Positions 37,563 to 49,041 of a stretch of DNA of 64,000 bases are shown piece by piece. Source of the DNA: Myxococcota bacterium (GTDB taxonomy: Bacteria; Myxococcota_A; UBA9160; SZUA-336); NCBI GenBank assembly GCA_035498015.1, contig DATKAO010000090.1:4827-68826 (forward strand). Direction: 5' to 3'. Within the stretch, counting starts at the first letter, position 1. Each line of letters begins with the position of its first letter. A program made the translations under genes and the position numbers. The notes under the pieces are model-generated. The model was not told the DNA's origin. It did no database searches and saw nothing but the letters and a program-made list of their open reading frames with translations.

Positions 37563-39378
37563 CTCGCGGCTGAACGCCTGGCTGCACCGGCTCGAGCTTG
37601 CGCTCGTGCCGGCGCACCTGCGCGGCGATCCCGCTGCGCTGCGCTCGGCCGGCCTGGTCGCAGGCTTCTCACTCGTGCCCGCGGCGTTCGTACCGTTTCT
37701 CGCGCTCATGGAGTGGGTCGCGTTTCCGCGCGACGTGGCGCTGCACGTCGTGCCGCTCGTGCTGGCGGCGGGGCCGGTGTGCGCGCTCGTGCCGCTGGTG
37801 CGGCGCTGGAGCGGCAGGACGGTGATCGCGGGCAACGCCATGCTGGCCTACGCCTTCGGGCTGTTCGCGATCGTGACCTACTACGCGGGCGGCGCGATCT
37901 CGCCCCCGAGTTTCTGGAACGTGTTGATCCCCATGTCTGCGATCGCGCTCGCAGGCCGGCGCTGGGCCGCGTTCTGGGCGGTGCTCGTGCTCGTCGAGGC
38001 GGTGACCATCGTGTGGCTCGAGAGACATGGGCTGCACTTCGAGAACCGGGTGCTGCCGGAGTGGCGCGCCCTGTACTGGTTCGCCAGCATCGGCACGCTC
38101 TCCACGCTGATCATGTTCGCGGGACTGGTCTACGAGCGCACCAAGGACGTGGCGCTGCACACGCTCGAGTCGGCCAATGCCGAGCTCGAGCGCGCGCGCG
38201 ACGAGGCCGAGAGCGCCAGCAGCGCGAAGAGTGACTTCCTGGCCATCCTGACTCACGAGATCCGCACGCCGATGACCGCGATCCTGGGCTTCGCCGACGT
38301 GCTGCGCGACGAGTGGAGCGAGCGCGGCTTCGCTGGGCGTCACGTGGAGGCGCTGGCCACGATCCAGCGCAGCGGGCGCGAGCTCCTGGAGACGATCAAC
38401 GACCTGCTCGACCTGTCGAAGATCGAGGCGGGCAAGCTCGAGCTCGAGCGCATCGCGTTCTCGCCCGCGGAGCTGATCGCCGACGTGCTGGAGCCGCTGC
38501 GCCCGCGCGCGCAGGCGCTGGGGCTCGAGCTCGAGCTCGAGCTGCGCCCGCACGTGCCCGGCGCGGTGCAGAGTGACCCGGCGCGACTGCGCCAGATCGC
38601 GCTGCACCTGCTCGAGAACGCGCTCGCCTTCACGGCGCGCGGGGGGATCCACGTTTCGCTCGGCGTCTCGAGCGAGGAGCGCCGTGAGTATCTCGACCTG
38701 CGCGTGCGCGACACGGGCTTCGGCATCCCGCCCGAGAAGCTCGCCTCGCTGTTCCAGCCCGGGCTGCGCCGGCGCCCGCAGGCGGACGCCGGCGAGCGCA
38801 TGGGCCTGGGGCTCGCGATGTGCAAGCGACTCACCGAGCTCTTGGGCGGCCGGATCGAGGTCGAGAGCGAGCTGGGTCACGGCAGCACCTTCCGCGTGCT
38901 CGTGCCGATCGCGGCCGCCGACACGCCGGCCTGGTCCCCGCGCAAGCGCGGGCCCGAGACACCGGCGTTCTCGCGCGCCTCGCTGCGCGCGCACGTGCTG
39001 GTGGTCGACGACGGACCGGACAACCTGCGCCTGATCTCGCACGTCCTGGGGCGCGCCGGCGCCGACGTGGTGACTGCCTCCGAGGGCAGGGCGGCGCTGG
39101 CGTGCGTGGCCGAAGCGGAGCGCACGGGCCGGCCCTTCGACGTGGTGCTGATGGACATGCAGATGCCCGAGCTGGACGGCTACGCCGCCACCGCCGAGCT
39201 GCGGCGGCGCGGCTTCGCGCGGCCGATCGTGGCGCTGACCGCCCACGCCGTGCCGGGCACGCGCGAGAGCTGCCTGGCGGCAGGCTGCGACGACTTCGCG
39301 ACCAAGCCCGTCGACCGGCGCGAGCTGATCGAGCGGATTCGGCGGCTGTGCCCGGATATACTGCGGCCCGAGGGGTGA
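37555..39378 (+). CDS. Hybrid membrane sensor histidine kinase/response regulator
   Basis: Multi-TM N-terminus; [14 protein letters not shown] and GLGL; receiver domain VVDD...[11 protein letters not shown]...VALTAHA...KP. Confidence 0.9.
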   Translation: MLDSRLNAWLHRLELALVPAHLRGDPAALRSAGLVAGFSLVPAAFVPFLALMEWVAFPRDVALHVVPLVLAAGPVCALVPLVRRWSGRTVIAGNAMLAYAFGLFAIVTYYAGGAISPPSFWNVLIPMSAIALAGRRWAAFWAVLVLVEAVTIVWLERHGLHFENRVLPEWRALYWFASIGTLSTLIMFAGLVYERTKDVALHTLESANAELERARDEAESASSAKSDFLAILTHEIRTPMTAILGFADVLRDEWSERGFAGRHVEALATIQRSGRELLETINDLLDLSKIEAGKLELERIAFSPAELIADVLEPLRPRAQALGLELELELRPHVPGAVQSDPARLRQIALHLLENALAFTARGGIHVSLGVSSEERREYLDLRVRDTGFGIPPEKLASLFQPGLRRRPQADAGERMGLGLAMCKRLTELLGGRIEVESELGHGSTFRVLVPIAAADTPAWSPRKRGPETPAFSRASLRAHVLVVDDGPDNLRLISHVLGRAGADVVTASEGRAALACVAEAERTGRPFDVVLMDMQMPELDGYAATAELRRRGFARPIVALTAHAVPGTRESCLAAGCDDFATKPVDRRELIERIRRLCPDILRPEG

Positions 39379-40709
39379 GTGCTTTGAGACCGTTCCAGGA
39401 AATCCCGAAGCTCGGCTTCTTCAAGGGCCTGCGCGTCGCGCTGGCGAGCGGCGGTGGCCGGGTCGACATGCTGTCCGGGCTGCGCGAGCAGTACGAGTCA
39501 TTCGGGCCGGTCGTGGTGCAGCTCTCCGGGCCGTTCAAGCTCGTGAACCTGTTCGGCCCCGACGCCAACCGCCTGGTGCTGATGGACCGCGACCAGATCT
39601 TCAGCGCCAAGCGGCCGTGGGACCAGATCATGGGCCGGATCTTCACCAACGGGCTGCTCCTGCGCGACGGCGCCGACCACAAGCACCACCGCAAGGTCAT
39701 GCACGAGGCGTTCACTCGTCCCGCGCTGCGCGAGTACGTGGAACGCATGCACCCGATCGTGCAGCGCGGGCTCGAGTCACTCGACACGCGCGAGCCGCTG
39801 CTCGCGTTCCGCGCCTACAAGCAGCTGACGCTCGAGATCGCGGCCGCGATCTTCGTCGGCATGGACCTGGGCCCCACCACGCGCCCGATGAACCGCGCCT
39901 TCGAGGACATGGTCGCGGCCTCGATGTCGCGCGTGCGCCTGCCCTGGCTGGGGCGCGAGTTCGCGCGCGGTCTGGCGGGCCGCAAGTATCTGCTCGAGCT
40001 CCTGGGCGGCATGCTCGAGAAGAAGCACGGCGACGGCGGCCCCGACATGTTCAGCCGTCTATGCCGCGCGCGCACGCCCGAGGGCGAGGCGCTCGAGGAC
40101 TCCGAGGTGCTCGACCACATGATCTTCCTCATGATGGCCGCGCACGACACGACCACGAGCACGCTGTCGTCGCTCACGTACGAGCTGGCGACGCACCCCG
40201 AGTGGCAGGAGCGCGTGCGCGAGGAGTCACGCGCCCTGGGCACGGGTGAGCCGGGCCTCGAAGACCTGGGCAGGCTCGAGGCGCTGGGCTGGGCCATGGA
40301 CGAGACGCTGCGCCGCTACCCGCCGCTGCCCGTGATTCCGCGCGTCAGCACCCAGAGCTTCGAGTTCGCCGGCTTCGAGATTCCGGCCGGCTGCATGGTG
40401 GTCGTGTCTCCGATCCATACCCACCACATGGTGGAGTGGTGGAACGAGCCGTTCTCCTGGGACCCCGCGCGCTTCACGCCCGGCCGCGCCGAGCAGGAGC
40501 GCCATACTCACTCCTGGGTCCCGTTCGGGGGCGGGCCGCACATGTGTCTGGGCATGCGCTTCGCCGAGGCACAGGTGCGGCTGGTCATGCACCACCTGGT
40601 CACCCGCTTCCGCTTCAGCGTGCCCGACGGCTACCGCATGCCGGTTCAGCAGGCGCCGATCTCGAAGCCGCGCGACGGTCTGCCGGTCCGCTTCACGCCG
40701 CTCGCTTGA
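39375..40709 (+). CDS. Cytochrome P450
   Basis: AAHDTT (I-helix), ETLR (ExxR) and PFGGGPHMCLG (heme Cys). Confidence 0.95.
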   Translation: MSALRPFQEIPKLGFFKGLRVALASGGGRVDMLSGLREQYESFGPVVVQLSGPFKLVNLFGPDANRLVLMDRDQIFSAKRPWDQIMGRIFTNGLLLRDGADHKHHRKVMHEAFTRPALREYVERMHPIVQRGLESLDTREPLLAFRAYKQLTLEIAAAIFVGMDLGPTTRPMNRAFEDMVAASMSRVRLPWLGREFARGLAGRKYLLELLGGMLEKKHGDGGPDMFSRLCRARTPEGEALEDSEVLDHMIFLMMAAHDTTTSTLSSLTYELATHPEWQERVREESRALGTGEPGLEDLGRLEALGWAMDETLRRYPPLPVIPRVSTQSFEFAGFEIPAGCMVVVSPIHTHHMVEWWNEPFSWDPARFTPGRAEQERHTHSWVPFGGGPHMCLGMRFAEAQVRLVMHHLVTRFRFSVPDGYRMPVQQAPISKPRDGLPVRFTPLA

Positions 40710-40741
40710 CAGCCCGGCGCGCCCGGCCGGAGCATGGGCGC

Positions 40742-41667
<926 letters not shown>

Positions 41668-41671
<4 letters not shown>

Positions 41672-42495
41672 GCGGGCGCGCGATCGACACCGGGACCGAG
41701 ACGCTCCAGGCGCGGGTCGAGGACGGCGTGGCCTACCTCGTGATGAACCGGCCCGAGCGCCGCAACGCGCTCTCGGACGAGATGTTCCGCGGCATGGCAG
41801 CGGCGCTGCGCGAGGCCGAGACCGCGAGCGACGTGCGCTGTCTCGTGCTGACCGGTGCAGGCGGCGCGTTCTGCTCGGGCGGCGACGTGAAGGGCATGGC
41901 CGCAGGTGCGAATCGCGGGCCGGGAGTCACGCTCGACGAGCGCATCCATCGCCAGCGGCTCTCGCAGCGCGAGACCGCGGGGCGGCTCTACCGCATGCCC
42001 AAGCCGGTGATCGCCTCGCTGCCGGGGCCGGCCGCGGGCGCGGGTCTCTCGCTGGCGCTGGCCTGCGACCTCCGGATCGCCGCCGAGAGCGCGCTGCTCA
42101 CGACTGCGTTCGCCAAGGTCGGCTTCAGCGGCGACTACGGCGGCAGCTTCTTCCTGACCCACCTGGTCGGCTCGGCCCGGGCGCGCGAGCTCTACTACCT
42201 CTCCGATCGCATCGACGCCAAGCACGCCGAGAGACTGGGCCTGGTGAATCGCGTCGTGCCCGACGCCGCGCTCGCCGACGAGACGCGCGCGCTCGCCCAG
42301 CGCCTGGCCTCGGGCGCCACCGTGGCCTTCCGCTACATGAAGGAGAACTTGAACCGCGCGGCGGAAGGCGCGAGCGCCGAGGAGTGTCTCGACCTCGAAG
42401 CCACCCACCACGTGCACACGGGACTCACCGAAGACCACCGCGAGGCCGCACAGGCGTTCGTCGAGAAACGGACGCCCACCTTCAAGGGGCGGTAG
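41668..42495 (+). CDS. Enoyl-CoA hydratase/isomerase (PaaG-like subfamily)
   Basis: MNRPERRNAL, FCSGGDV, GAGLSLALACD and FAKVGFSGDYGGSFFL. Confidence 0.9.
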
Positions 42496-42523
42496 GTTCC
42501 GGGCCGACGGCTATCTTCCGGGC

Positions 42524-42904
42524 ATGCGCACGGTCCGGCTCGCGCTCGCGTTCGTGGTCGCGCCGCTGGTCTTCGCCGCCGTGTACTGGCTGTTCCTGAT
42601 CTCGTTCTGGAGCGGTGCGGGCGGGTATCTCTACTCGGGGCTGAGCGCGCTCCTGGTCGGATACCCGGTCGGCTTCGTGCTGGTGCTGGTGGGCGGACTG
42701 CCGCTCTTGGTGCTGCGGCTTCCGGCCTGGCAGGAGCTCGCCGTCTTCGTGTGCGCCGGGCTCGTGGTGATGGTGTTCTGGACGTTCGCGCGGCACGGGC
42801 GGGTGGTGCGCGAGGACCTGCAGCTCTTCGAGCTGTGCGCGGTGAGCTCGGCGCTCACGTACCCCGCGTTCGTGCGTCTGTCGGCGCTCCGGAGGGTGGC
42901 GTGA
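42524..42904 (+). CDS. Hypothetical membrane protein
   Basis: Four hydrophobic segments; in-operon position. Confidence 0.55.
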   Translation: MRTVRLALAFVVAPLVFAAVYWLFLISFWSGAGGYLYSGLSALLVGYPVGFVLVLVGGLPLLVLRLPAWQELAVFVCAGLVVMVFWTFARHGRVVREDLQLFELCAVSSALTYPAFVRLSALRRVA

Positions 42905-43521
42905 GTCGCGCCCTGGAGGCGTGGCACGGCGCGTGGCGTGCGCTGCGCGTGACTCCCGCGCCGGGTCTCTTGGCACGGCTCGAGGCGTGCTACCGCGAGC
43001 CGCACCGCGCGTATCATACGCTCCAACACCTGGACGAGTGCTTCGCGCGCCTGGCCGAAGCCCAGTCGCTGGCCCCGCACCTGGCCGAGGTGCGGATCGC
43101 CCTGTGGTTCCACGACGCGGTGTACGAGACGCGCGCCTCGGACAACGAAGAGGCGAGCGCGCGCTGGGCGCGCGAGTCACTCGAGGCGGCGCGTGCGCCG
43201 GCCGAGGCCGCCGCGCGCGTGGCCGAGCTCGTGCTCGCCACCCGGCACGCTGCGCTGCCCGCCGGTCCGGACGCGCAGCTCCTGGTCGACGTGGACCTGT
43301 CGATCCTGGGTGCCGACGAGCCGCGCTTCGACGAATACGAACGCCAGGTGCGCCGCGAGTACGACTGGGTCGCCGAAGACGCCTTCCGCGCCGGGCGGGC
43401 ACGGGTGCTCGAGAGCTTTCTCGCGCGTCCGGCCATCTACGCCACGCCCTGGTTCGCCGGCCGGCTCGAGCAACGCGCGCGCGCCAACCTGCGCCGCTCG
43501 CTGCGCGCCCTGGGCGCCTGA
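42901..43521 (+). CDS. HD-superfamily predicted metal-dependent phosphohydrolase (COG4339-like)
   Basis: YREPHRAYHTLQH, WFHDAVY, DNEEASA, DVDLSILG and YERQVRREY. Confidence 0.9.
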   Translation: MSRALEAWHGAWRALRVTPAPGLLARLEACYREPHRAYHTLQHLDECFARLAEAQSLAPHLAEVRIALWFHDAVYETRASDNEEASARWARESLEAARAPAEAAARVAELVLATRHAALPAGPDAQLLVDVDLSILGADEPRFDEYERQVRREYDWVAEDAFRAGRARVLESFLARPAIYATPWFAGRLEQRARANLRRSLRALGA

Positions 43522-44555
43522 TGGAGAAGCTCGACGCCGCGCTCCTGTCGCACCTGCAGCGCGCGCTCGCGAGCCCGGCGCTCGACTACGTCGAGTCACC
43601 GAGCCAGATCTCCGGCGGCTACGACACCCAGATCTACGCCTTCCGGCTCGCGGGCGCGGCGCACGAGTGGAGCGGCCCGCTCGTGCTGCGGCTGTTCCGC
43701 GTCGAGACACCGGGCCGCACCGCGCGCTTCGAGGCCACGGTGCAGAACACGGTGGCCGCGCTGGGCGCGTGCGCGCCGCGCGTGCTGCACTGGGTCGAGG
43801 AGCCCGAGCCGCTGGGCGGCGCCTTTCTGATCATGGAGCGCGCCGCCGGCGGCAACCTGCTCTCCGCGCTCGCGAGCCGGGACGCGCTGCGCGTGCCCGG
43901 CTGGCTGGCCGACACACAGGCGCGGCTCCACGCGCTGGACGCCCGCGCGCTCGAGCGCGCGCTCGTCGCCGCCGGCTTCGATCCGGCGGCGCGCAGCGCG
44001 GACGGCGAGCTGGCCGAGACCACGGGCCGGATCGAGTCACACGCTCTCTCGGGCCTGCGCGCCGGCGCCGAGTGGCTCGCCGCTGCGCGGCCCGGCCCGC
44101 CCGCGCTGCCCGCGATCTGCCACGGCGACTTCCACCCGCTGAACGTGCTGGCCGAGCGCGGCCGGGTCACGGGGCTGATCGACTGGACGCGTGCGCACCT
44201 CAGCTGGCCGGAGTACGACGTGGCCACCACCCGGGCGCTCCTGACTCACGGGCCGCTGCGCGTGCCGGCCTGGCTCGCCCCTCCGGCGCACGCCGCGCGG
44301 GCGCTCTTGCGCCGCGCCTACCTCGCGGCCTACCGTCGGCGCCGCCCGCTCGACCCGGACCGCATGCGTTGGTTCGAGGCGCTGCGGCTGCTGCGCTTCC
44401 TGATGGAGGAGGGCAGCGAACAGGCGGCCGAGCTCGCCGGCCGCGGCCGGTCGTCCAAGCCGAGCCCCTGGGCCGACGGCGATGTCCGGCGTGGAATCTG
44501 CGAGCGCTTCGAGTCACTGACGTCCGTTCGCGTCCGGACCCCGAAGGACGCGTAA
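43521..44555 (+). CDS. Aminoglycoside phosphotransferase (APH)-like kinase
   Basis: CHGDFHPLNV and LIDW motifs. Confidence 0.9.
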   Translation: MEKLDAALLSHLQRALASPALDYVESPSQISGGYDTQIYAFRLAGAAHEWSGPLVLRLFRVETPGRTARFEATVQNTVAALGACAPRVLHWVEEPEPLGGAFLIMERAAGGNLLSALASRDALRVPGWLADTQARLHALDARALERALVAAGFDPAARSADGELAETTGRIESHALSGLRAGAEWLAAARPGPPALPAICHGDFHPLNVLAERGRVTGLIDWTRAHLSWPEYDVATTRALLTHGPLRVPAWLAPPAHAARALLRRAYLAAYRRRRPLDPDRMRWFEALRLLRFLMEEGSEQAAELAGRGRSSKPSPWADGDVRRGICERFESLTSVRVRTPKDA

Positions 44556-44686
44556 ACCGCTTCGGGCGGGCCGGGGTCCGATGACAGCAGGGACCGGTCT
44601 GCCTCTAGAATGGGGGCCTTCTCATGTTCCGAGGCACGGAACGGGCCAGAAACATGCGCGCAGCGAAAGCGTCGGACTCCTGAACC

Positions 44687-47600
44687 ATGTGGATCGTCCG
44701 TCTCGCGCTCCGCAGGCCCTACACGTTCGTGGTCATGGCGATGCTGATCGGGGTGCTCGGCACGCTGTCGATCGCCACCATGCCGACGGACATCTTCCCG
44801 AGCATCAACGTGCCGGTGGTGTCGTCCGTCTGGTTCTACGGCGGGCTGGCGCCCGACGAGATGCAGAACCGCATCACCACGATCGTCGAGCGCGCCACGA
44901 CCACCACGGTCAACGACATCCAGCACATCGAGTCAGTGACCCTGCGCGGCGTGACGGTGATCAAGGTCTTCCTGCAGCCCGGCGCGAGCCCCGAGGCGGG
45001 CGTGGCGCAGATCAACGCCATCTCGAACACGCTGATCCGGCCGCTCCCGCCGGGAATCACTCCGCCGTTGATCCTGCAGTACAACGCCGCCAGCGTGCCG
45101 GTGCTGTTGCTCAGCCTGTCGAGTGACACGCTCTCGGACCAGGAGATCAACGACCTCGGCTCGAACTTCATCCGCACCCAGCTCGTCACGGTGAACGGGG
45201 CGTCGATCCCGCCCAGCTACGGCGGCAAGTCGCGGCAGATCATGGCCGACCTGGACACGGACGCGCTGTACGCGCGCGGTCTCTCGCCGCAGGACGTCTC
45301 GAACGCGCTCGGCCAGCAGAACGTGATCCTGCCCGCTGGCACGGCCAAGATGGGGGTGCGCGAGTACGACGTGGCGCTGAACGGCAGCCCCCAGGTCCTG
45401 GCCGACCTGGACGAGCTGCCGGTGAAGGCCGTGAACGGCGCGGTCGTGAAGATGCGCGACGTGGCGCACGTGCACGACGGCTTCTCGCCGCAGACCAACA
45501 TGATCCGCCGCGACGGCAAGCACGCCGTGATGCTGTCCGTGCAGAAGAGCGGCCGCGCGTCGACGCTGGCGGTGGTGCAGGGCGTGAAGGACATGATGCC
45601 GCGGGTCATGGCCGGCATGCCGCCGGCGCTGAAGGTCGACTTGTTGTTCGACCAGTCACTCTTCGTGCGCGCGGCGATCGGCGATGTGCTGCGCGAGGGC
45701 GCGATCGCCGCCGGACTCACGGCGCTCATGATCCTCCTGTTCCTGGGCAGCCCGCGCAGCACGGTGATCGTGGCGACCTCGATCCCGCTGTCGGTGCTGA
45801 CTTCGATCGTGGTGCTCAAGGCCTTCAACCAGACCTTGAACGTCATGACCCTGGGCGGCATGGCGCTCGCGGTGGGCATCCTGGTCGACGACGCCACGGT
45901 CGAGATCGAGAACATCCACCGCAACCTCGCCGAGCACAAACCCATGCGGCAGGCGATCCTCGACGGCGCGCAGCAGATCGCCACCGCGGCCTTCGTCTCG
46001 ACGCTCTCGATCTGCATCGTGTTCGTGCCGGTGTTCCTGCTGGGCGGCGTGGTCGGGTCACTGTTCTCGCCACTGGCGCTGGCGGTGGTGGCAGCCATGA
46101 TGGCCTCGTACCTGCTGTCGCGCACGCTGATCCCCACCATGGTCCTGTATCTCCTGCCCGGCGAGCTCGCGCGCGAGGCGGCGCACGACCCGGGGGGACG
46201 GGTGCACCAGCTCACCGCTCGCGCCCACGAGCGCGTGAACCACGCCTTCCAGACGCTCGGTCACACCTACGAGCGCGCGCTGACCCACGCGCTCACCGAG
46301 CGACGCACCGTGGCGCTGAGCTTCGGCGCGTTCGCGCTCGCCTCGCTCGTGCTCGTGCCGTTCGTGGGGCGCGACTTCTTCCCGACGGTCGACGCCGGCT
46401 CGCTGCGCCTGCACCTGCGCGGGCCGACCGGCACGCGCCTCGAAGAGACCGAGCGCTACTTCCAGCGCGTCGAGGACCGGATCCGCCAGCTCATCCCGCC
46501 CGACGAGCTCGGCGTGGTGCTCGACAACATCGGCGTGCCCAACGGCATCAACCTCGCGACCACCGACAGCGCGACCGTGTCCGCCGCCGAGGGCGAGATC
46601 CTCGTGTCACTCAAGCCGGGCCACGCGCCGACCGCGAGCTACTTGAAGAAGCTGCGCGCGGTGCTGCCCTCCGAGTTTCCGGAGATCACCTTCTTCGCGC
46701 AGCCCGCGGACATGGTCGGGCAGATCCTGAACTTCGGCCTGCCCGCGCCGATCGACGTGCAGGTCAGCGGCCCCAACGCGGAGCAGGCGCACAACTACCA
46801 GTTCGCCCAGGAGATCGCCGAGCAGGTGCGCAAGATCCCGGGCGCGGTCGACGTGCACGTGCACCAGGTGGTCGACGGCCCGCGCCTGGCCTTCGACGTC
46901 GACCGCTCGCTCGCGGCCGAGAGCGGGCTCAGCGTGCGCGACGTGGCCAACAGCCTGTTGATCTCGCTGACCGGCACGGGCAGCACCAGCACCAACTTCT
47001 GGCTCAACCCCAAGAACGGCGTGAGCTATCCGGTGGTGATCCAGAGCCCGCAGCACCGCATGGCGAGCATCGGTGCGCTGCAGGCCACGCCGGTCACTTC
47101 GAGCGGTGAGTCGACGCCGCAGATCCTCTCGGGCGTGGCCACGCTGTCTCGCACCACCACGCCGGTCGCGCTCAATCACTACAACGTGCAGCCCGTGTAC
47201 GACGTGTTCGCCAACGTGCAGGGCTCGGACCTGGGCTCGGTGGCCGACGCGGTGACTCGCGTGGTCGACGAGTTCCGCAGCAAGATCCCCAAGGCCAGCA
47301 TCATCACCATGCGCGGCCAGGTGCAGAGCATGAACGAGGCTTTCGCCGGGCTCGGCTTCGGGATCCTGTTCGCGATCGTGCTGGTCTACTTCCTGATGGT
47401 CGTGAACTTCCAGTCGTGGATCGATCCGGCGATCATCTTGATGGCGCTGCCGGGCGTGGTCGCGGGCATCCTGTGGCTGCTGTTCGCGACCGGCACGACG
47501 CTCAGCGTTCCGTCTCTCATGGGGGCGATCATGGCGATCGGCGTCGCCACCTCGAACAGCATCCTGCTCATCACCTTCGCGAACCAGGAGCGCCACCGCG

Positions 47601-47854
47601 GTCTCGACGCGCGCGCGGCGGCGCTGTCCGCGGGACGCACGCGTCTGCGGCCGGTGCTGATGACCGCGCTGGCCATGGTGATCGGCATGCTGCCCATGTC
47701 GCTCGGTCTGGGCGAGGGCGGTGAGCAGAACGCGCCGCTCGGCCGCGCCGTGATCGGCGGGCTCACGCTCGCCACGCTCTACACGCTGTTCTTCGTGCCC
47801 ATTGCCTACAGTCTGCTGCGCCAGAAGCCGCCCAAGCCCCTGGAGGATGCGTGA
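44687..47854 (+). CDS. RND efflux permease (AcrB/CusA family)
   Basis: 1055 aa; LRRPYTF start, GILVDDATVEIENI and RLRPVLMTALA. Confidence 0.95.
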   Translation: MWIVRLALRRPYTFVVMAMLIGVLGTLSIATMPTDIFPSINVPVVSSVWFYGGLAPDEMQNRITTIVERATTTTVNDIQHIESVTLRGVTVIKVFLQPGASPEAGVAQINAISNTLIRPLPPGITPPLILQYNAASVPVLLLSLSSDTLSDQEINDLGSNFIRTQLVTVNGASIPPSYGGKSRQIMADLDTDALYARGLSPQDVSNALGQQNVILPAGTAKMGVREYDVALNGSPQVLADLDELPVKAVNGAVVKMRDVAHVHDGFSPQTNMIRRDGKHAVMLSVQKSGRASTLAVVQGVKDMMPRVMAGMPPALKVDLLFDQSLFVRAAIGDVLREGAIAAGLTALMILLFLGSPRSTVIVATSIPLSVLTSIVVLKAFNQTLNVMTLGGMALAVGILVDDATVEIENIHRNLAEHKPMRQAILDGAQQIATAAFVSTLSICIVFVPVFLLGGVVGSLFSPLALAVVAAMMASYLLSRTLIPTMVLYLLPGELAREAAHDPGGRVHQLTARAHERVNHAFQTLGHTYERALTHALTERRTVALSFGAFALASLVLVPFVGRDFFPTVDAGSLRLHLRGPTGTRLEETERYFQRVEDRIRQLIPPDELGVVLDNIGVPNGINLATTDSATVSAAEGEILVSLKPGHAPTASYLKKLRAVLPSEFPEITFFAQPADMVGQILNFGLPAPIDVQVSGPNAEQAHNYQFAQEIAEQVRKIPGAVDVHVHQVVDGPRLAFDVDRSLAAESGLSVRDVANSLLISLTGTGSTSTNFWLNPKNGVSYPVVIQSPQHRMASIGALQATPVTSSGESTPQILSGVATLSRTTTPVALNHYNVQPVYDVFANVQGSDLGSVADAVTRVVDEFRSKIPKASIITMRGQVQSMNEAFAGLGFGILFAIVLVYFLMVVNFQSWIDPAIILMALPGVVAGILWLLFATGTTLSVPSLMGAIMAIGVATSNSILLITFANQERHRGLDARAAALSAGRTRLRPVLMTALAMVIGMLPMSLGLGEGGEQNAPLGRAVIGGLTLATLYTLFFVPIAYSLLRQKPPKPLEDA

Positions 47855-49041
47855 GCGACTCCCTGACCCCGTCGAGTGACTCTCTGTTCCGGCGCACGGC
47901 GACGCGCGCCCGAGCGAACCCCGCGCTGACCGCGGGCGTGCTCTTGCTCGCGCTCCTGTTGGTGGCCGGGATCGTGCCGCGCGTGCGCGCGCGCATGGAG
48001 CGCGCCAACGACCTGGCGGCGGCCGCAGACGCGCTGCCGCGCGTGGCGGTGACCGCGCCGCGCCAGGCGCCGGTCTCACAGCTCTCGCTGCCCGGCTCCG
48101 CGCAGCCCTTCCAGCAGGCCACCCTCTACGCGCGCTTGAACGGCTATCTCGACCAGCGCCTGGTCGACATCGGCGACACGGTGAAGGCGGGTCAGCTCCT
48201 GGCGGTGATCAGCGCGCCCGAGCTCGACCAGCAGCTCGCGCAGGCCGAGGCCGCGCTGGTGCGCGCGCGCGCCGACCTGGAGCTGGCGCGCAGCACCTAC
48301 CGCCGCTTCGAGGAGGCGGACAAGGACGGCGCGATCGCCAAAGAGGACCTCGACCAGCGCCGCACCGCGGTGAGCACCGCCGAGGCGACCGTGAAGGCGC
48401 AGAGCGCCACCGTGGCCGGGCTGGCCGAGCAGCAGCGCTTCGAGCGAGTCACTGCACCGTTCGACGGCGTGGTCACCGAGCGCAACGTCGACGTGGGGGC
48501 GTTGATCACGGCGGGCAGCGCGTCTTCCACCACGCCGCTGTTCACGCTCGCACAGAGCTCGACGCTGCGCGTGTACATCGCCGTGCCGCAGGCGTTCGTC
48601 GACGAGCTCAAGGTCGGGCAGCCGGTGAAGATCCGCTCGCGCACGCTCGCCGGGCGCGAGTTCACGGGCACGGTGGCGCGCACCGCGGGCGCGCTCGATC
48701 CGGTCACGCGCACCATGCAGACCGAGATCGACATCGCCAACGACGACAACGCGCTCAAGGCCGGCATGTATCTCCAGGTCGAGCTGGTCGGCGAGCGCGT
48801 CGGGCCGCGCTGGCGCGTGCCCGCGAGCGCCGTGCTGTTCGATGGCTCCGGCACGCGCCTGGCGCTGGTCGACGGCGAGAACACGCTGCGGTTCCGGCCG
48901 GTGATCCTGGGCCGCGATTTCGGCGACGAGATCGAGATCGGGTCGGGCATCGCGGGCGACGAGCGGGTGGTCACCACGCCCTCGGCGGCGTACTTCGAAG
49001 GTCAGAAGGTCGAAGCAGTACAGGCGCCGCCCAAGTCATGA
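47851..49041 (+). CDS. RND periplasmic adaptor (membrane fusion protein)
   Basis: GYLDQRLVDIGDTVKAGQLLA, VTAPFDGVVTER and GALDPVTRT. Confidence 0.95.
   Translation: MSDSLTPSSDSLFRRTATRARANPALTAGVLLLALLLVAGIVPRVRARMERANDLAAAADALPRVAVTAPRQAPVSQLSLPGSAQPFQQATLYARLNGYLDQRLVDIGDTVKAGQLLAVISAPELDQQLAQAEAALVRARADLELARSTYRRFEEADKDGAIAKEDLDQRRTAVSTAEATVKAQSATVAGLAEQQRFERVTAPFDGVVTERNVDVGALITAGSASSTTPLFTLAQSSTLRVYIAVPQAFVDELKVGQPVKIRSRTLAGREFTGTVARTAGALDPVTRTMQTEIDIANDDNALKAGMYLQVELVGERVGPRWRVPASAVLFDGSGTRLALVDGENTLRFRPVILGRDFGDEIEIGSGIAGDERVVTTPSAAYFEGQKVEAVQAPPKS

Noticed and set aside
42901-43521. Family that, from memory, is sometimes auto-annotated as 'NMDA receptor subunit'
   Set aside because: The sequence is an ordinary HD-domain phosphohydrolase; such a label would be a misannotation.
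44556-44686. Leader upstream of the RND operon with small hairpins (TTCCG-AGGCA-CGGAA)
   Set aside because: No match to a riboswitch consensus I can recognise, and the stems are short.
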